DNA of 64,000 nt. Origin: an uncultured Thermoplasmatales archaeon (lineage in GTDB: Archaea > Thermoplasmatota > E2 > DHVEG-1). The notes under the pieces are model-generated. The model was not told where the DNA came from. It was given only the letters and a program-made list of their open reading frames with translations, and did no database searches. The stretch covers positions 16,915-80,914 of the forward strand of contig CAYMOC010000002.1 of the NCBI GenBank assembly GCA_964391965.1, in the 5' to 3' direction. The position numbers and the translations under genes were made by a program. Shown piece after piece: positions 28,425-38,902 of this stretch (position 1 is its first letter; every line of letters begins with the position of its first letter).

Positions 28425-29240
28425 TTGTTTGGTGAGAAATCAAAAAAATTTTCTTATAGAGTGGGAGAGTATATTTTGTATACAGATAATAAACTAAAAC
28501 CAAGTATTGCTGATGCATTAAAATTTATTGAAAATAAACATAAATCTGTACCTGAAAAAACTATTCTTTTAATAGCAGGTGATTGTATGATTGATTACAA
28601 GGGACGTGCTCGATCGTTTCTAGACTGGGGCGAACGTATAATTATGATAAAAGAAGATGGAAACGTGCTTGTCCACCGTCCGGAACTACGGGAACCAGTT
28701 AACTGGCAACCAGCAGGAAGTAAAACAGATTTTAAAATCGAAAAAAAGTTTTTAGTTATGAGATGTAGCCATAGTAAACCTGCTGAAAAAATGAAAATTA
28801 AGTTTCGATCTATAAAATTTGTGACAGCTACAAGGCTAAAAGATAAAGCTGCACCAGTGATTTCTGGTATGGAATCAGATGTAGTTAATCAAATTATGTC
28901 TGAACCAGAATGCATAGAAGAAGGATTCAGAGTAAAAAAACGAGAGAAACAGGTTAAATCAGGTATGATTGATCTTTATGGTTTTGACAAGGACCACATT
29001 CCTGTTGTAATCGAAGTAAAACGCAGTCTTGCAACCATAAGCGCAGTACATCAACTACGAATGTATGTAAATGATATAAAGGGTGAAGCAGAGGAAGCGA
29101 AAGTACGAGGCATACTTTGCGCACCTCGTGTTCCTGACATGGTAAAACATCTATTAGAAGATTATAACCTCGAATGGCAAGAAGTAGAAAGAAAAATAGT
29201 ACTACCAGATGATTATCAAAAAACACTAAAAGATTTTTAA
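28425..29240 (+). CDS. nucS: NucS/EndoMS endonuclease
   Basis: The C-terminus has a RecB-like PD-(D/E)xK motif (IDLYGFD…VIEVKRS). An N-terminal DUF91-like domain is present. The start codon is TTG. Confidence 0.55.
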   Translation: MFGEKSKKFSYRVGEYILYTDNKLKPSIADALKFIENKHKSVPEKTILLIAGDCMIDYKGRARSFLDWGERIIMIKEDGNVLVHRPELREPVNWQPAGSKTDFKIEKKFLVMRCSHSKPAEKMKIKFRSIKFVTATRLKDKAAPVISGMESDVVNQIMSEPECIEEGFRVKKREKQVKSGMIDLYGFDKDHIPVVIEVKRSLATISAVHQLRMYVNDIKGEAEEAKVRGILCAPRVPDMVKHLLEDYNLEWQEVERKIVLPDDYQKTLKDF

Positions 29241-29309
29241 CAAAAATTTCAAAAATAAATATATAAATAATAAAATTATACATCTTAGTTTAGAGAGTGA
29301 TGTAAAAAA

Positions 29310-29693
29310 ATGAAAAAAAGCATAATAATATTTGTATCATTTTTTATAATATTTTTAATGACATCAAACACTACAGCAGTTTCAAACACATTAACACCAG
29401 AAAAAGAAAAAATTATTGAAAAAAATGAAGAAAATAAAGATTATGAGAACATTGAAAAAGAGATAGATATTTTAAAAAATAATCTTGACTTAAAACATAC
29501 AACAGGATTATTTGAATTCTTAGCTGCATGGCTTATAACTTGGGCGATCCATGTCGTCGATTTCTTTGAAACTTTTCATCCAATTGCATACAAAATAATG
29601 GAGATATTTGAAATACCTCTCTTAGTTGCTCTGTTGTTTCCTATGACCTATGTTTTATTAGTTGTATCTTTCTTTGAAGTTCTTTTCACATGA
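29310..29693 (+). CDS. hypothetical secreted/membrane protein
   Basis: It has a signal peptide and two C-terminal TM helices. Confidence 0.35.
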   Translation: MKKSIIIFVSFFIIFLMTSNTTAVSNTLTPEKEKIIEKNEENKDYENIEKEIDILKNNLDLKHTTGLFEFLAAWLITWAIHVVDFFETFHPIAYKIMEIFEIPLLVALLFPMTYVLLVVSFFEVLFT

Positions 29694-29750
29694 TAGCAAT
29701 CAAAAAAATTACCTTTATTTTTTTAAACAAGTAAACCAATACATATCTTA

Positions 29751-30206
29751 ATGGTAGAAATTGTATTTGAAAATTTTATAAGTTCAGAGGATGTAGAATT
29801 AGTAATAAGACTATTTGCTGCTGTGATACTTGGTGCCATTGTTGGTTATGAAAGAGAGATGAGCCATAAACCCGCGGGTCTTAGAACACATATATTTGTT
29901 TGTATGGGTTCATGTCTTTTCACAATTGCTTCTTTTTTCTTGCTACCTGGAGATGTTAGTGGCAATTATGATGTAACAAGGATTGCAGCTGGCGTGGTTG
30001 CAGGAATAAGTTTTATCGGTGCAGGAAGTATAATAGCACTCCGCGGGGATGTGAAGGGACTTACAACTGCTGCTAGTTTATGGGTTGTTGCAGCTATAGG
30101 ATTGATTATCGGACTTGGAAATTATTTACTTCCAATTCTTGCCACAGTTATTTCTTTTATAATCTTACAGTTAGAAAGAGTGAAGAAGAGACATATAAAA
30201 AAATAA
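29751..30206 (+). CDS. MgtC/SapB family membrane protein
   Basis: The N-terminal sequence LFAAVILGAIVGYERE is conserved in MgtC. Confidence 0.65.
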   Translation: MVEIVFENFISSEDVELVIRLFAAVILGAIVGYEREMSHKPAGLRTHIFVCMGSCLFTIASFFLLPGDVSGNYDVTRIAAGVVAGISFIGAGSIIALRGDVKGLTTAASLWVVAAIGLIIGLGNYLLPILATVISFIILQLERVKKRHIKK

Positions 30207-30218
30207 AAATTTTTTTTA

Positions 30219-31784
30219 TTAGTTAAAGATATGGCATGGAAGGATAATATCAAATAGATTTTTAACAAAATTTTTGAAAATATTCAATATTTTAAAGATA
30301 AGTGTTTTTTCTGTAAAGAATCGGTTTGTATTTGAGGTTTCTGTCCATGTGCTTTCTGCTCCATGTTCATCCTTTGTTTTGACTTTTATAAAATTTTCAT
30401 ATTCACGTATTATTTTACATGATTCTCCAGATTCGTATGGACCTAACCAGCCTGAATTGTCTCCGTTTTCCCATTGAAAAAGATAGTAAATTTTGTGTTT
30501 TTCTGCATCTGTTGTTGTAGCAGAATATCCTTCGTTTCCATTTATTGTTGTTCTTTCTACATCAGGTTTACTAGGTGCAGTATTGTAAATATTTAGATTT
30601 AAATTTTGAGACCATTCACTTTCCTGACCGTACACATCCATTACTTTTACTTTTATATCAAAATTTGTTGTAGAGGTTACACTCCAACTATGAGTTATAG
30701 TCATTTCTTCTCCAGATGGTTTTGGGGGGAGCCATCCTGTGTTTGTTTCATCCCCCCAGTCAAAAAAGTAGTATAATCCGTTGTTATCTGGATCTGTTGA
30801 GCTAGCAGTAAATGTTATTGTTTCACCGGCATTACTTCCATATATATCTGGATAGAAATTAATTGGTTTTTCTGGTTTTTGGTTTTCACCTATTGTCATA
30901 TAGTATGATTCCTGGTTTATTTCACATTCTTTGTATTTTATTTTAAAAAATCCTTCTTCTCCCCAGTTTGTTCCCCAACTGTTTTTACATATCCAATAAC
31001 CTGGATTATCATTGTATCCAACTATTGAAACGCAGTGTCCTCCAAGTTTTGATCCCCATACATGTTCATATATACCGCTGTTGTAATATTTGAAATCTTC
31101 ATAAACGATAAATGTTGCTACAAGTGGACCATGAGTTACTATTGCATCTTTCATACCTTCAATGCTATTTGCTCTTCTGTAATTTGAGATTTTTGCTACT
31201 TTTTTCTGCCAGTTTTCACATGCATCATCACATTCTGTGTTTTTTGAGTCATATGGTAGACATGTTTCAGGTGGAACTCCAGTTGTTTTTAATCTATCAA
31301 GAGCGTTTTTTGGAAGCCATCCTGAACCGCATGTTCCTCCGCCGCAGAAAAAAAGTTGGCCCTCCGATAGATCAAAATCATAAAAGTTGTCTGAGTTTGA
31401 TTTTAGGTAAACTTCAAATGCTGAAAGAGTTCCAAAAGCTACACAGCTTCCGCAATCTTCTTGGTTTTTAATTGGTGTTGTATAATCTACTCCGTTAATA
31501 TTTCTCCAATCGTAACTTTCAGGGAGATTTGAGGAGGTTGGTTTTTGATCTGGAAGGTTGTCAGTTTCTTCTCTTTTTGCTCCTAATAGTGTTTTCATTT
31601 CTTCATTGGTTAGTTGTGATATGCTATTTTCAGCTGCAATCCATTCTGCATTGTTTTTTTCTATCGATGCCTGGATTTGATCTATTGTGTTATTTGATTT
31701 TGCAATGATGGAGTTGAAGTTTAATGAGATTATTAATAAAATTGTGTAAGCTATTATTATTTTTGGTTTTAACATATTTGACAT
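30219..31784 (-). CDS. secreted papain-like (C1) cysteine protease with two C-terminal PKD domains
   Basis: It has a signal peptide. The catalytic-Cys motif is CGSCVAFG. PKD-like motifs are YFFDWGDETNTGW and YLFQWENGDNSGW. An SD-like GGAGAG lies upstream of the ATG at 31784. Confidence 0.6.
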   Translation of the reverse strand: MSNMLKPKIIIAYTILLIISLNFNSIIAKSNNTIDQIQASIEKNNAEWIAAENSISQLTNEEMKTLLGAKREETDNLPDQKPTSSNLPESYDWRNINGVDYTTPIKNQEDCGSCVAFGTLSAFEVYLKSNSDNFYDFDLSEGQLFFCGGGTCGSGWLPKNALDRLKTTGVPPETCLPYDSKNTECDDACENWQKKVAKISNYRRANSIEGMKDAIVTHGPLVATFIVYEDFKYYNSGIYEHVWGSKLGGHCVSIVGYNDNPGYWICKNSWGTNWGEEGFFKIKYKECEINQESYYMTIGENQKPEKPINFYPDIYGSNAGETITFTASSTDPDNNGLYYFFDWGDETNTGWLPPKPSGEEMTITHSWSVTSTTNFDIKVKVMDVYGQESEWSQNLNLNIYNTAPSKPDVERTTINGNEGYSATTTDAEKHKIYYLFQWENGDNSGWLGPYESGESCKIIREYENFIKVKTKDEHGAESTWTETSNTNRFFTEKTLIFKILNIFKNFVKNLFDIILPCHIFN

Positions 31785-31865
31785 GTTTATCTCTCCTTTT
31801 AAAAGCAATAACAAAAATAATTAACATACGTTAACTATATAATATTTTTCCAAAAAAAGAAAAAA

Positions 31866-32420
31866 TTATCCCCATCTATCAAAAAGAGAATGAGCAAGTC
31901 CAAGCTGATCCAAAATTTTTCCAACCACAAAATCAACTAAATCCTCAATTTTTTCTGGTTTATGATAAAAACCAGGCATAGCAGGCAATATTGTAGCACC
32001 AGCAAGTTTTGCTTTTTTCATATTATCAATACCTGTTAAATCAAGAGGAGTCTCCCGTGGAACAAGAACAAGCTTTCTTCCTTCTTTAAGAGCGCAAACA
32101 GCAGCACGAGCAGTAAGAGTATCACCATAACCATTAGCAATAGAAGAAAGTGTTTTCATACTACAAGGGCAAACAACCATAGCATCAAGCTTAAAAGACC
32201 CGCTAGCTGGTCCTGCAAACATATCATCATTTTCGTAAACAAAATCAACAGATTTTTTTAAAACATTAAAAGAAAAACCAGTTTCATGTTCTAAAATATT
32301 TTTTCCACCAGATGAGGCTATTAAATGAATTTCAACATTTTTATTTTTAGAAAGAATTTCAACAAGTTTAACCCCATAGATAGAACCCGATGCTCCACCA
32401 ATACTTACTAATAATTTCAT
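31866..32420 (-). CDS. ubiX: flavin prenyltransferase UbiX
   Basis: The N-terminus is MKLLVSIGGASGSIYG… (flavoprotein fold). The protein is about 185 aa. Confidence 0.7.
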   Translation of the reverse strand: MKLLVSIGGASGSIYGVKLVEILSKNKNVEIHLIASSGGKNILEHETGFSFNVLKKSVDFVYENDDMFAGPASGSFKLDAMVVCPCSMKTLSSIANGYGDTLTARAAVCALKEGRKLVLVPRETPLDLTGIDNMKKAKLAGATILPAMPGFYHKPEKIEDLVDFVVGKILDQLGLAHSLFDRWG

Positions 32421-32436
32421 TTTAAAACAAAAAAAA

Positions 32437-33198
32437 TTATATTTTTGTTGCCTCAACAATTTTATTAAGAGCACTTTCAAGATTTTTTTCTTCCTCAAGA
32501 GCAGTACCAGTTACAATAATATCTGCTCCAGCTATAGCTTTTTTTCTAACAGTTTCGGCATCACGAATGCCACCACCGACAACCAAGGGAATATTGATGT
32601 TTTTCTTAACCGCTTTGATCATCTCATCAGAAACAGGATCGGGTGCACCGGAGCCAGCCTCTAAATAAAAAAACTTCATTCCAAGAAACTCAGAAGCAAT
32701 ACCGTATCCTACTGCAGTTTCAATATCAGATCGTTCGACTAAATCCACATCCCCCATCTTACCCGCAGTCATACCAGGTTCAACAATAAGATAACCCATA
32801 GAAATAGGTTCAAGACCAACATGTTTGACAAAAGGTCCACCTTTTACATGTTCACGGATAACAAAATCAAGATTCCGAGAATTAAGAAGACTCATAAAAA
32901 AAATCGCATCAGCATAACCACTAAGAAATTTAGCACCCGAGGGAAACAAAATAACAGGAAGATTACATTGAGCTTTAATTGCTTTAACAGTATCATCAAC
33001 CTGTTCACTAGAAGCAAGAGTTGATCCGCCTACCATTATTGCACTACTACCTGCTTTTTCAGCGGTTTTTGCTTTAACAGCAGCTTCATCGGAAGTTTGA
33101 TCCTCAGGGTCTAAAAGAGCGAAATGAAGAGTTCTTTCTAATGCAGTTTTTGATATATCTTCAGATAATGTCATACTAACACGTCGAAAATAAAACAT
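32437..33198 (-). CDS. geranylgeranylglyceryl phosphate synthase
   Basis: It has a PcrB/GGGPS TIM-barrel with the conserved C-terminal GGGIRD. Confidence 0.7.
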   Translation of the reverse strand: MFYFRRVSMTLSEDISKTALERTLHFALLDPEDQTSDEAAVKAKTAEKAGSSAIMVGGSTLASSEQVDDTVKAIKAQCNLPVILFPSGAKFLSGYADAIFFMSLLNSRNLDFVIREHVKGGPFVKHVGLEPISMGYLIVEPGMTAGKMGDVDLVERSDIETAVGYGIASEFLGMKFFYLEAGSGAPDPVSDEMIKAVKKNINIPLVVGGGIRDAETVRKKAIAGADIIVTGTALEEEKNLESALNKIVEATKI

Positions 33199-33222
33199 AC
33201 TATTTAAACATTATAGTTATCT

Positions 33223-34008
33223 TTAACCCAAAACTGTAAGATTTTCAATTAATTCCTTGTTACACGCTGCTATGACACTAGTTCTTTCATCCAAAGACAG
33301 GGGCATATCAAGCTTTCTACCCATCATATCTGTCACAAAACCACCAGCCTCACGAACAAACAAGGTAGATGCGGCAATATCAGTAACCCTCATGTACTCA
33401 CGTCCAACAATATAAAAATCCAAAGCACCTGTAGCCACAAGACACATCTCCAAGCTAGCACAACCTAAAGAACGAACTTTATCTTGTTTAGCAAGAACGA
33501 AACTTTTTTTATCATAATTATTACCCAAAGTCAAACAAGAAAGAATCTGCTTATCGGGAACCTCTGGAGCGGCAACACGGTTTTTGTTCATAAAGGCACC
33601 ATGACCTTTTTCGCAAACAAACAAATCACCAGTAGGAATATTACGAACCACACCATACCATACATCTGACAAGTTTTGTTTACCCACAGCTAAAGAAACA
33701 GAATAAAAAGGAATACCACGAGAGGCGTTACGAGTACCATCCACAGGATCCAAAACAAAAACAAACTCTCCCCCATTATCAACAAAACCAGCTTCTTCAC
33801 TAAGAACATTAACCTTAATTTTAGATTTCTTAATAGCCTTTAACGCTACATCCTCAGCAAGCTGATCAATAAACTTAGTAGGAGTACCATCAGCACCAAT
33901 ACCTACATTTCGTTTAAAACTAGAAAAATCAGATTTAGCAACACGTCTAACCTTACGATAGATTTTATCAACAACTTTACCAGCTAAAATTTTTATTTCT
34001 TCAACCAT
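33223..34008 (-). CDS. inositol monophosphatase / fructose-1,6-bisphosphatase family (SuhB-like)
   Basis: It has the VLDPVDGT metal-binding motif. Confidence 0.7.
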   Translation of the reverse strand: MVEEIKILAGKVVDKIYRKVRRVAKSDFSSFKRNVGIGADGTPTKFIDQLAEDVALKAIKKSKIKVNVLSEEAGFVDNGGEFVFVLDPVDGTRNASRGIPFYSVSLAVGKQNLSDVWYGVVRNIPTGDLFVCEKGHGAFMNKNRVAAPEVPDKQILSCLTLGNNYDKKSFVLAKQDKVRSLGCASLEMCLVATGALDFYIVGREYMRVTDIAASTLFVREAGGFVTDMMGRKLDMPLSLDERTSVIAACNKELIENLTVLG

Positions 34009-34140
34009 AAATAAAATTCAACAAAAAAATAACAACAGATCTTAAAATAAAAAAATTTGGTAAAAAAAATTGTTTTGTTTGAGATTCAATCGGTTTTGTA
34101 ATGAATTCATTATAAAAAAACAAGTTTTTCAAATAATCTT

Positions 34141-34262
34141 TCAACAAAATTGTGTTTTTGAGTATTAATATCTAGTAACACAAAATTTGTAACTTTTATT
34201 TTTAAACTATCCGACCATTCTCCTTCATTACCATGAACGTCTTTTGCTTTTACACGTAGTTT
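34141..34262 (-). pseudogene. out-of-frame remnant of a PKD/Ig-like domain C-terminus downstream of the subtilase stop
   Basis: The reverse-strand translation LRVKAKDVHGNEGEWSDSL parallels KVKVMDVYGQESEWSQNL in the C1 protease PKD domain. It is preceded by a stop codon in that frame. Confidence 0.2.
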
Positions 34263-34297
34263 ATATTTTAATTGTTATCCAAACCAAATCTTCTTTA

Positions 34298-37200
34298 TTA
34301 TTTTATAAGCTTATTAACTAACATAAATATAAGGGGAAATCTTTGTGTAAACTGATAGAGTTTAAACAAAAACGAATTCACTTCTGAAACATGAACTCCA
34401 TCTATAACTGTTTGAGTGATACTGTTACCATTTAAATCAATTGCATTTGTTCTGAAAGAAAGTTTTGTATCATCTACTACAGAAATTTCTGCAATCCATC
34501 TATTTTCTGAAGTGGGAATTAAAGAAGTATTTTTCCAGGTTTTTCCGTTATCAGCAGAATGCTGCAAATTTAATTTTAACAAAGAACTTTCATCTTGGAC
34601 TTCCATTACCAATTGTATCTTATTATCTTTGGTAATAACTCTATTGTACAAATTATTGTTTAAACATCTAAGATAAACATCCGGAGGATTTGAATCTTTT
34701 GAAAGATTAGCAAAACTTTCAATTTTCGTAATAATTTTTGATGAAATTGAAAGATTTAAGTAACTTTCCGCTATGATTTCAAATTTAGAGGTATCCTTGA
34801 AACTAAAATAATCGTCCAGTTCTTCAGTTATGACATTATCATACAATACATTTCCATCTTGAATAATTGTCCAAATTGTTCTATCAACACCCGAAAAAAC
34901 ATTGTTACCATGTGCATCTTCTAAAATTGTATCAGTTAAAGTAATATAATTATTAGTTTCATTAAGTTTATTTTTGGATATTCTCAGGCCAGATTTAAAA
35001 GGATGTTCTCCAAATACTTTCGTAGGATTGCTATTTTTTCCGTAGCTTTCAATATTAAGCGACATAAAAGAGATACTTTTATTCTCATACATTCCAATTG
35101 CAGCATCGATATATTTAACTGGCTCAGCTTGAAGAAATACATTTATTTTATAAGGTGAAGGCATCGTAATTAATTTTGGTATCAAATCAATTGGATTCAT
35201 AAAATAAAATCCAAAAATATTGGTCAATTCATAGTCTTCTACAAAAGGAAACAGACCCCAATTTACAATACCCTCTTTGATCTGAGGAGTTTTAAGTATT
35301 GTTTCTCTTTTTATGAAGTTATTATAATCCGGTTTAAATGTTGTATCTTCTTTTATCCCTTGTTGGTTAAATCTTACAACATAAAAACTTGGCATTTTTG
35401 TTTCATGACTTAAATACCACATATAATCCTTGAACAATCTTAACTTTGGATGAAATTGGTAATTTAATGTCATGTTAAATTTCTCATTTGGAGAAATCCT
35501 AAAATCACCATCATAAAAAGTACTGCCAAATCCCGCCCTGTCAATACCAATACGATTATAACAAACAATTTGATTGATTCTTCCTGGATTAAAATCTACT
35601 TTTACTGTATTTTCTGAATCCACTATTATTCTACAATCATCGATTATACTGAGATCTTCTTTTAATAAAATATTTGTTTCTACTTTATTAGAAATAAAAT
35701 CATCCAGTTTTTTTGAGAAGGACTCACAAGAGTAGATATGATAAACACCATCTGGTAAATAAAAAACACTATTTAAACTACCTATTTCCGTCTCATTTTT
35801 ACCCATTTTTAAATACGTATAATAAGAGAAACCATACCAGTTATTTTCCTCAGAAAAAATCATTGTATAAGCAGTATAAATTCCAAAAAGTTTTATTTCA
35901 TCTTTATTCTTAAAAGGAGTAGAAATATTAATTTTATTTAAACCACTAATTCCAAACATTACATTATAACTGTCATTTAAATCAGAGGTTATCGATATTC
36001 GTCCATAATAGATTTTTTTAGGTATATTAGTTGTGTTAACTGTTAACTTTATAGATCTCTTGCATCCTGCAGGAATTATTAACTCAGTTTCATTTAATTT
36101 CACAAAATCAAATATGTTACCATGAATATCATATAATGATAATTTTAGACTTACTTCATGATCAACTATTTGGTTAAGATTTTCAATGTAAAATATTTCT
36201 TCTTTTGTAATAAACTCTGTAAACACTCCAAAATTGATAAATGAGTTTGAGATATGTAAATCAGAACTAACCGCCGAAGAAACATTTAATCTTCCAGCAC
36301 CCTCCTGATAAGCATTATAACCCAACGGATTTGCAGTTGAGGTTAACGCATCTTTAACATCAGAAACATTCCAATCTGGATGTGCCTGCATAACTAGACT
36401 AGCAGCACCTGCTACATGTGGACAAGCCATACTAGTACCAGAATAAGTCACATATCCCTCACTAAAAGCATCTGCTGCAGTAATCCTATAACCCGGAGCA
36501 ACAAGATCAGGTTTCATAAGATGATTAAAAGACGGTCCTTTACCGCTAAAATATGCTAACTCATCATTTTTTGTACTTGCACCAACAGATATTACATCAT
36601 TAGTACTAACAATTGGATTCATAGTATAATATCCAGCGCTTCCATCGTTTCCCGAGGCGACTACCACCAAAACATTATTCTCAATTGCATTGTTAATTGC
36701 TTTTTCTAAAGGATTTTCTGTAACACTACTAAATAATGTACTCGGGCCTAGACTCATACTTACAATATCTGCTTCATCTCCAGTATTTGAAATATTATCC
36801 GGCCCATAAGCAGCATATTCAATTCCAGAAATAATCCAAGAAATATAACCTCCGTCTTTACCTAATACTTTAACGTTCCATAGTTTTGCTTTTGGAGCAA
36901 TGCCAGTATAACGATAATCTGAGGCGGCACCAGTTCCTGCTGCTATACTAGCACAATGTGTACCATGACCAACAACATCCTCTTCAGTTTCATTATACTT
37001 GTTTTCCCTGGAGGGTATGCATAACTTATTTTCAACTACCTTTGGGTCATGTGTTAAAGGATTATCGTCTAAATCATCAAGATCAGGATGAGAACTATTT
37101 ATGCCTGTATCCAGAATGGCAATTTCGATATTTTCTCCATCAAATCCATAGTTATGAGCCAAATCCGCCCCTACAATTGGAACGCTTTCATCTAAACAAA

Positions 37201-37864
37201 CATCTACTTTTCTATCTAACCATATTTTATTTATATTATTATCTGAAATTAACGATTCAACTTCAAAATCAGGTTCTTTTATAGAGATTTTTGAGGCGAC
37301 TAAATTTGCAATACTATAATAATTACGAGACATCGTATTTTCTTTTATCAGCCTATCAGTTTTAAGTAAAGAAGTATCATCTAAAAAAGAGGATCTGCAA
37401 ATATTATTTACCTCGCTTCGACTATCTTTCAACTCTATAATAACAGGTATATAATCTAATTTATAATATTCATTTTCAATTAAATAATCAATGTTAAAAA
37501 ATTCAATATCGATTTTTTCCAAATCTATATTCTTTGGAATTAAATAATTATTATTTTTGATTTTTAATTCATGAAAATTATTGAGATCTTCTATTTGATC
37601 TGAGGGAAATATTATTGGTTTTTTATCTACATTTTCAATTTGTTTAACTAAAAAACGATCACCAGATATTAACATTAAATCTTGTGTGTCTCCAGATTTA
37701 TCCGATTGATAGTTATTATCAATCAAATAGTTATTATTATTCATTTTATAATTGGTAAAAATTTTCTTCCCCGATATACTACTAACATTATTTGTCATTA
37801 GAAGATTAAAACCAGCTAAAAATAAGATGCTTACTAATACAATAGATATGAGTTCTTTTTTCAT
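34298..37864 (-). CDS. secreted subtilisin-like (S8) serine protease with very long C-terminal extension
   Basis: The D/H/S triad motifs are AILDTGI, HGTHCAS and GTSMACPHVAG. A signal peptide follows the ATG at 37864. Confidence 0.7.
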   Translation of the reverse strand: MKKELISIVLVSILFLAGFNLLMTNNVSSISGKKIFTNYKMNNNNYLIDNNYQSDKSGDTQDLMLISGDRFLVKQIENVDKKPIIFPSDQIEDLNNFHELKIKNNNYLIPKNIDLEKIDIEFFNIDYLIENEYYKLDYIPVIIELKDSRSEVNNICRSSFLDDTSLLKTDRLIKENTMSRNYYSIANLVASKISIKEPDFEVESLISDNNINKIWLDRKVDVCLDESVPIVGADLAHNYGFDGENIEIAILDTGINSSHPDLDDLDDNPLTHDPKVVENKLCIPSRENKYNETEEDVVGHGTHCASIAAGTGAASDYRYTGIAPKAKLWNVKVLGKDGGYISWIISGIEYAAYGPDNISNTGDEADIVSMSLGPSTLFSSVTENPLEKAINNAIENNVLVVVASGNDGSAGYYTMNPIVSTNDVISVGASTKNDELAYFSGKGPSFNHLMKPDLVAPGYRITAADAFSEGYVTYSGTSMACPHVAGAASLVMQAHPDWNVSDVKDALTSTANPLGYNAYQEGAGRLNVSSAVSSDLHISNSFINFGVFTEFITKEEIFYIENLNQIVDHEVSLKLSLYDIHGNIFDFVKLNETELIIPAGCKRSIKLTVNTTNIPKKIYYGRISITSDLNDSYNVMFGISGLNKINISTPFKNKDEIKLFGIYTAYTMIFSEENNWYGFSYYTYLKMGKNETEIGSLNSVFYLPDGVYHIYSCESFSKKLDDFISNKVETNILLKEDLSIIDDCRIIVDSENTVKVDFNPGRINQIVCYNRIGIDRAGFGSTFYDGDFRISPNEKFNMTLNYQFHPKLRLFKDYMWYLSHETKMPSFYVVRFNQQGIKEDTTFKPDYNNFIKRETILKTPQIKEGIVNWGLFPFVEDYELTNIFGFYFMNPIDLIPKLITMPSPYKINVFLQAEPVKYIDAAIGMYENKSISFMSLNIESYGKNSNPTKVFGEHPFKSGLRISKNKLNETNNYITLTDTILEDAHGNNVFSGVDRTIWTIIQDGNVLYDNVITEELDDYFSFKDTSKFEIIAESYLNLSISSKIITKIESFANLSKDSNPPDVYLRCLNNNLYNRVITKDNKIQLVMEVQDESSLLKLNLQHSADNGKTWKNTSLIPTSENRWIAEISVVDDTKLSFRTNAIDLNGNSITQTVIDGVHVSEVNSFLFKLYQFTQRFPLIFMLVNKLIK

Positions 37865-37937
37865 TTTATCCAAACCAAATTTTTTATTTGTTTGTTTATA
37901 TAAATTTTCATATATAAATTTTTCCTTATATAAAAAA

Positions 37938-38846
37938 TTAATTAATGTTTTCAAAATTTGCACTATAAAATGACAAAAAAACTACAACAAAAAACCCTGC
38001 AATTATTGAAAAAAAGGTAAAAAATACATTCGAAGGATTATCAAGTATAATCTTACCAGGGGAACGAAGAGCACCTACCATCAAACCAATAACAAAACAT
38101 AAAGTAGCTGTATGATACTTTTTAAGAAGAAAAGACAAAACTCGAGAAAAAGAAAGTAAACCAACTGCTCCACCAGCAATATATAATACTGCATAGGGAA
38201 GATCAGTGAAATCTAAAGTCGCGATTTTTTTTAAAACATTTATCATAAAACTATACTGACCAAGAACAAGAAGAATAAAAGCACCAGACACACCTGGCAG
38301 TATCATAGCACAAAAAGAAATGAAACCAGCAAGAAAAATAACTATAAAAGAATGGGTGGTATTTATTTGTTCTAAACCTACAACCAGAAAACCAACTAAA
38401 AACCCAATTAAAACAAAAAAAAGAGACCTAAAAGTAATATTTTTCTTAACCGAATGATAAACAAAAAAAGCAGAAGCAAGAATTAAACCAAGAAAAAAAG
38501 CATAAGTATAATTCTTAAAATTAATTATCAAATAATCCATAAGATGAGCAAGAGATAAAAAAGCAATAAAAATACCAAATGCTAACGGAATTAGTAAAGC
38601 AAAATCTATTTTTAAAAAATTTTCACAAGCTTTTTTAAAATATTTTCGTTTATAGAAACCTTTAAAAAAATAAAAAACAAACTTCAAATCTATAGCTCGG
38701 ATAGCATAAACCAGTCTTTCATAAATACCAGTTATAAGAGCAATTGTTCCACCAGAAACACCAGGGATTATATCAGCACTACCCATGAATAATCCTTTTA
38801 GAAAAATCAGTAATGCCTCAAACTTTGTGTTTTTTGTTTTTTCCAA
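37938..38846 (-). CDS. DUF368-family polytopic membrane protein
   Basis: Two repeats carry a PGVSGxT motif (BacA-like PGxSRSGxT) and there are about 8 TM helices. Confidence 0.45.
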   Translation of the reverse strand: MEKTKNTKFEALLIFLKGLFMGSADIIPGVSGGTIALITGIYERLVYAIRAIDLKFVFYFFKGFYKRKYFKKACENFLKIDFALLIPLAFGIFIAFLSLAHLMDYLIINFKNYTYAFFLGLILASAFFVYHSVKKNITFRSLFFVLIGFLVGFLVVGLEQINTTHSFIVIFLAGFISFCAMILPGVSGAFILLVLGQYSFMINVLKKIATLDFTDLPYAVLYIAGGAVGLLSFSRVLSFLLKKYHTATLCFVIGLMVGALRSPGKIILDNPSNVFFTFFSIIAGFFVVVFLSFYSANFENIN

Positions 38847-38902
38847 GAATCTTATGCCACCTTAAATCTTAAAAGTTGATAGTAGAAAACATAATTAAAT
38901 AA

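Noticed and set aside
28954-31471. ORFs 28954-29283(-), 30274-30477(+) and 31112-31471(+)
   Set aside because: They are antisense to NucS or the C1 protease and compositionally biased.
32821-37973. Small ORFs antisense to the GGGPS, IMPase and subtilase genes
   Set aside because: They are nested antisense ORFs with no motif support.
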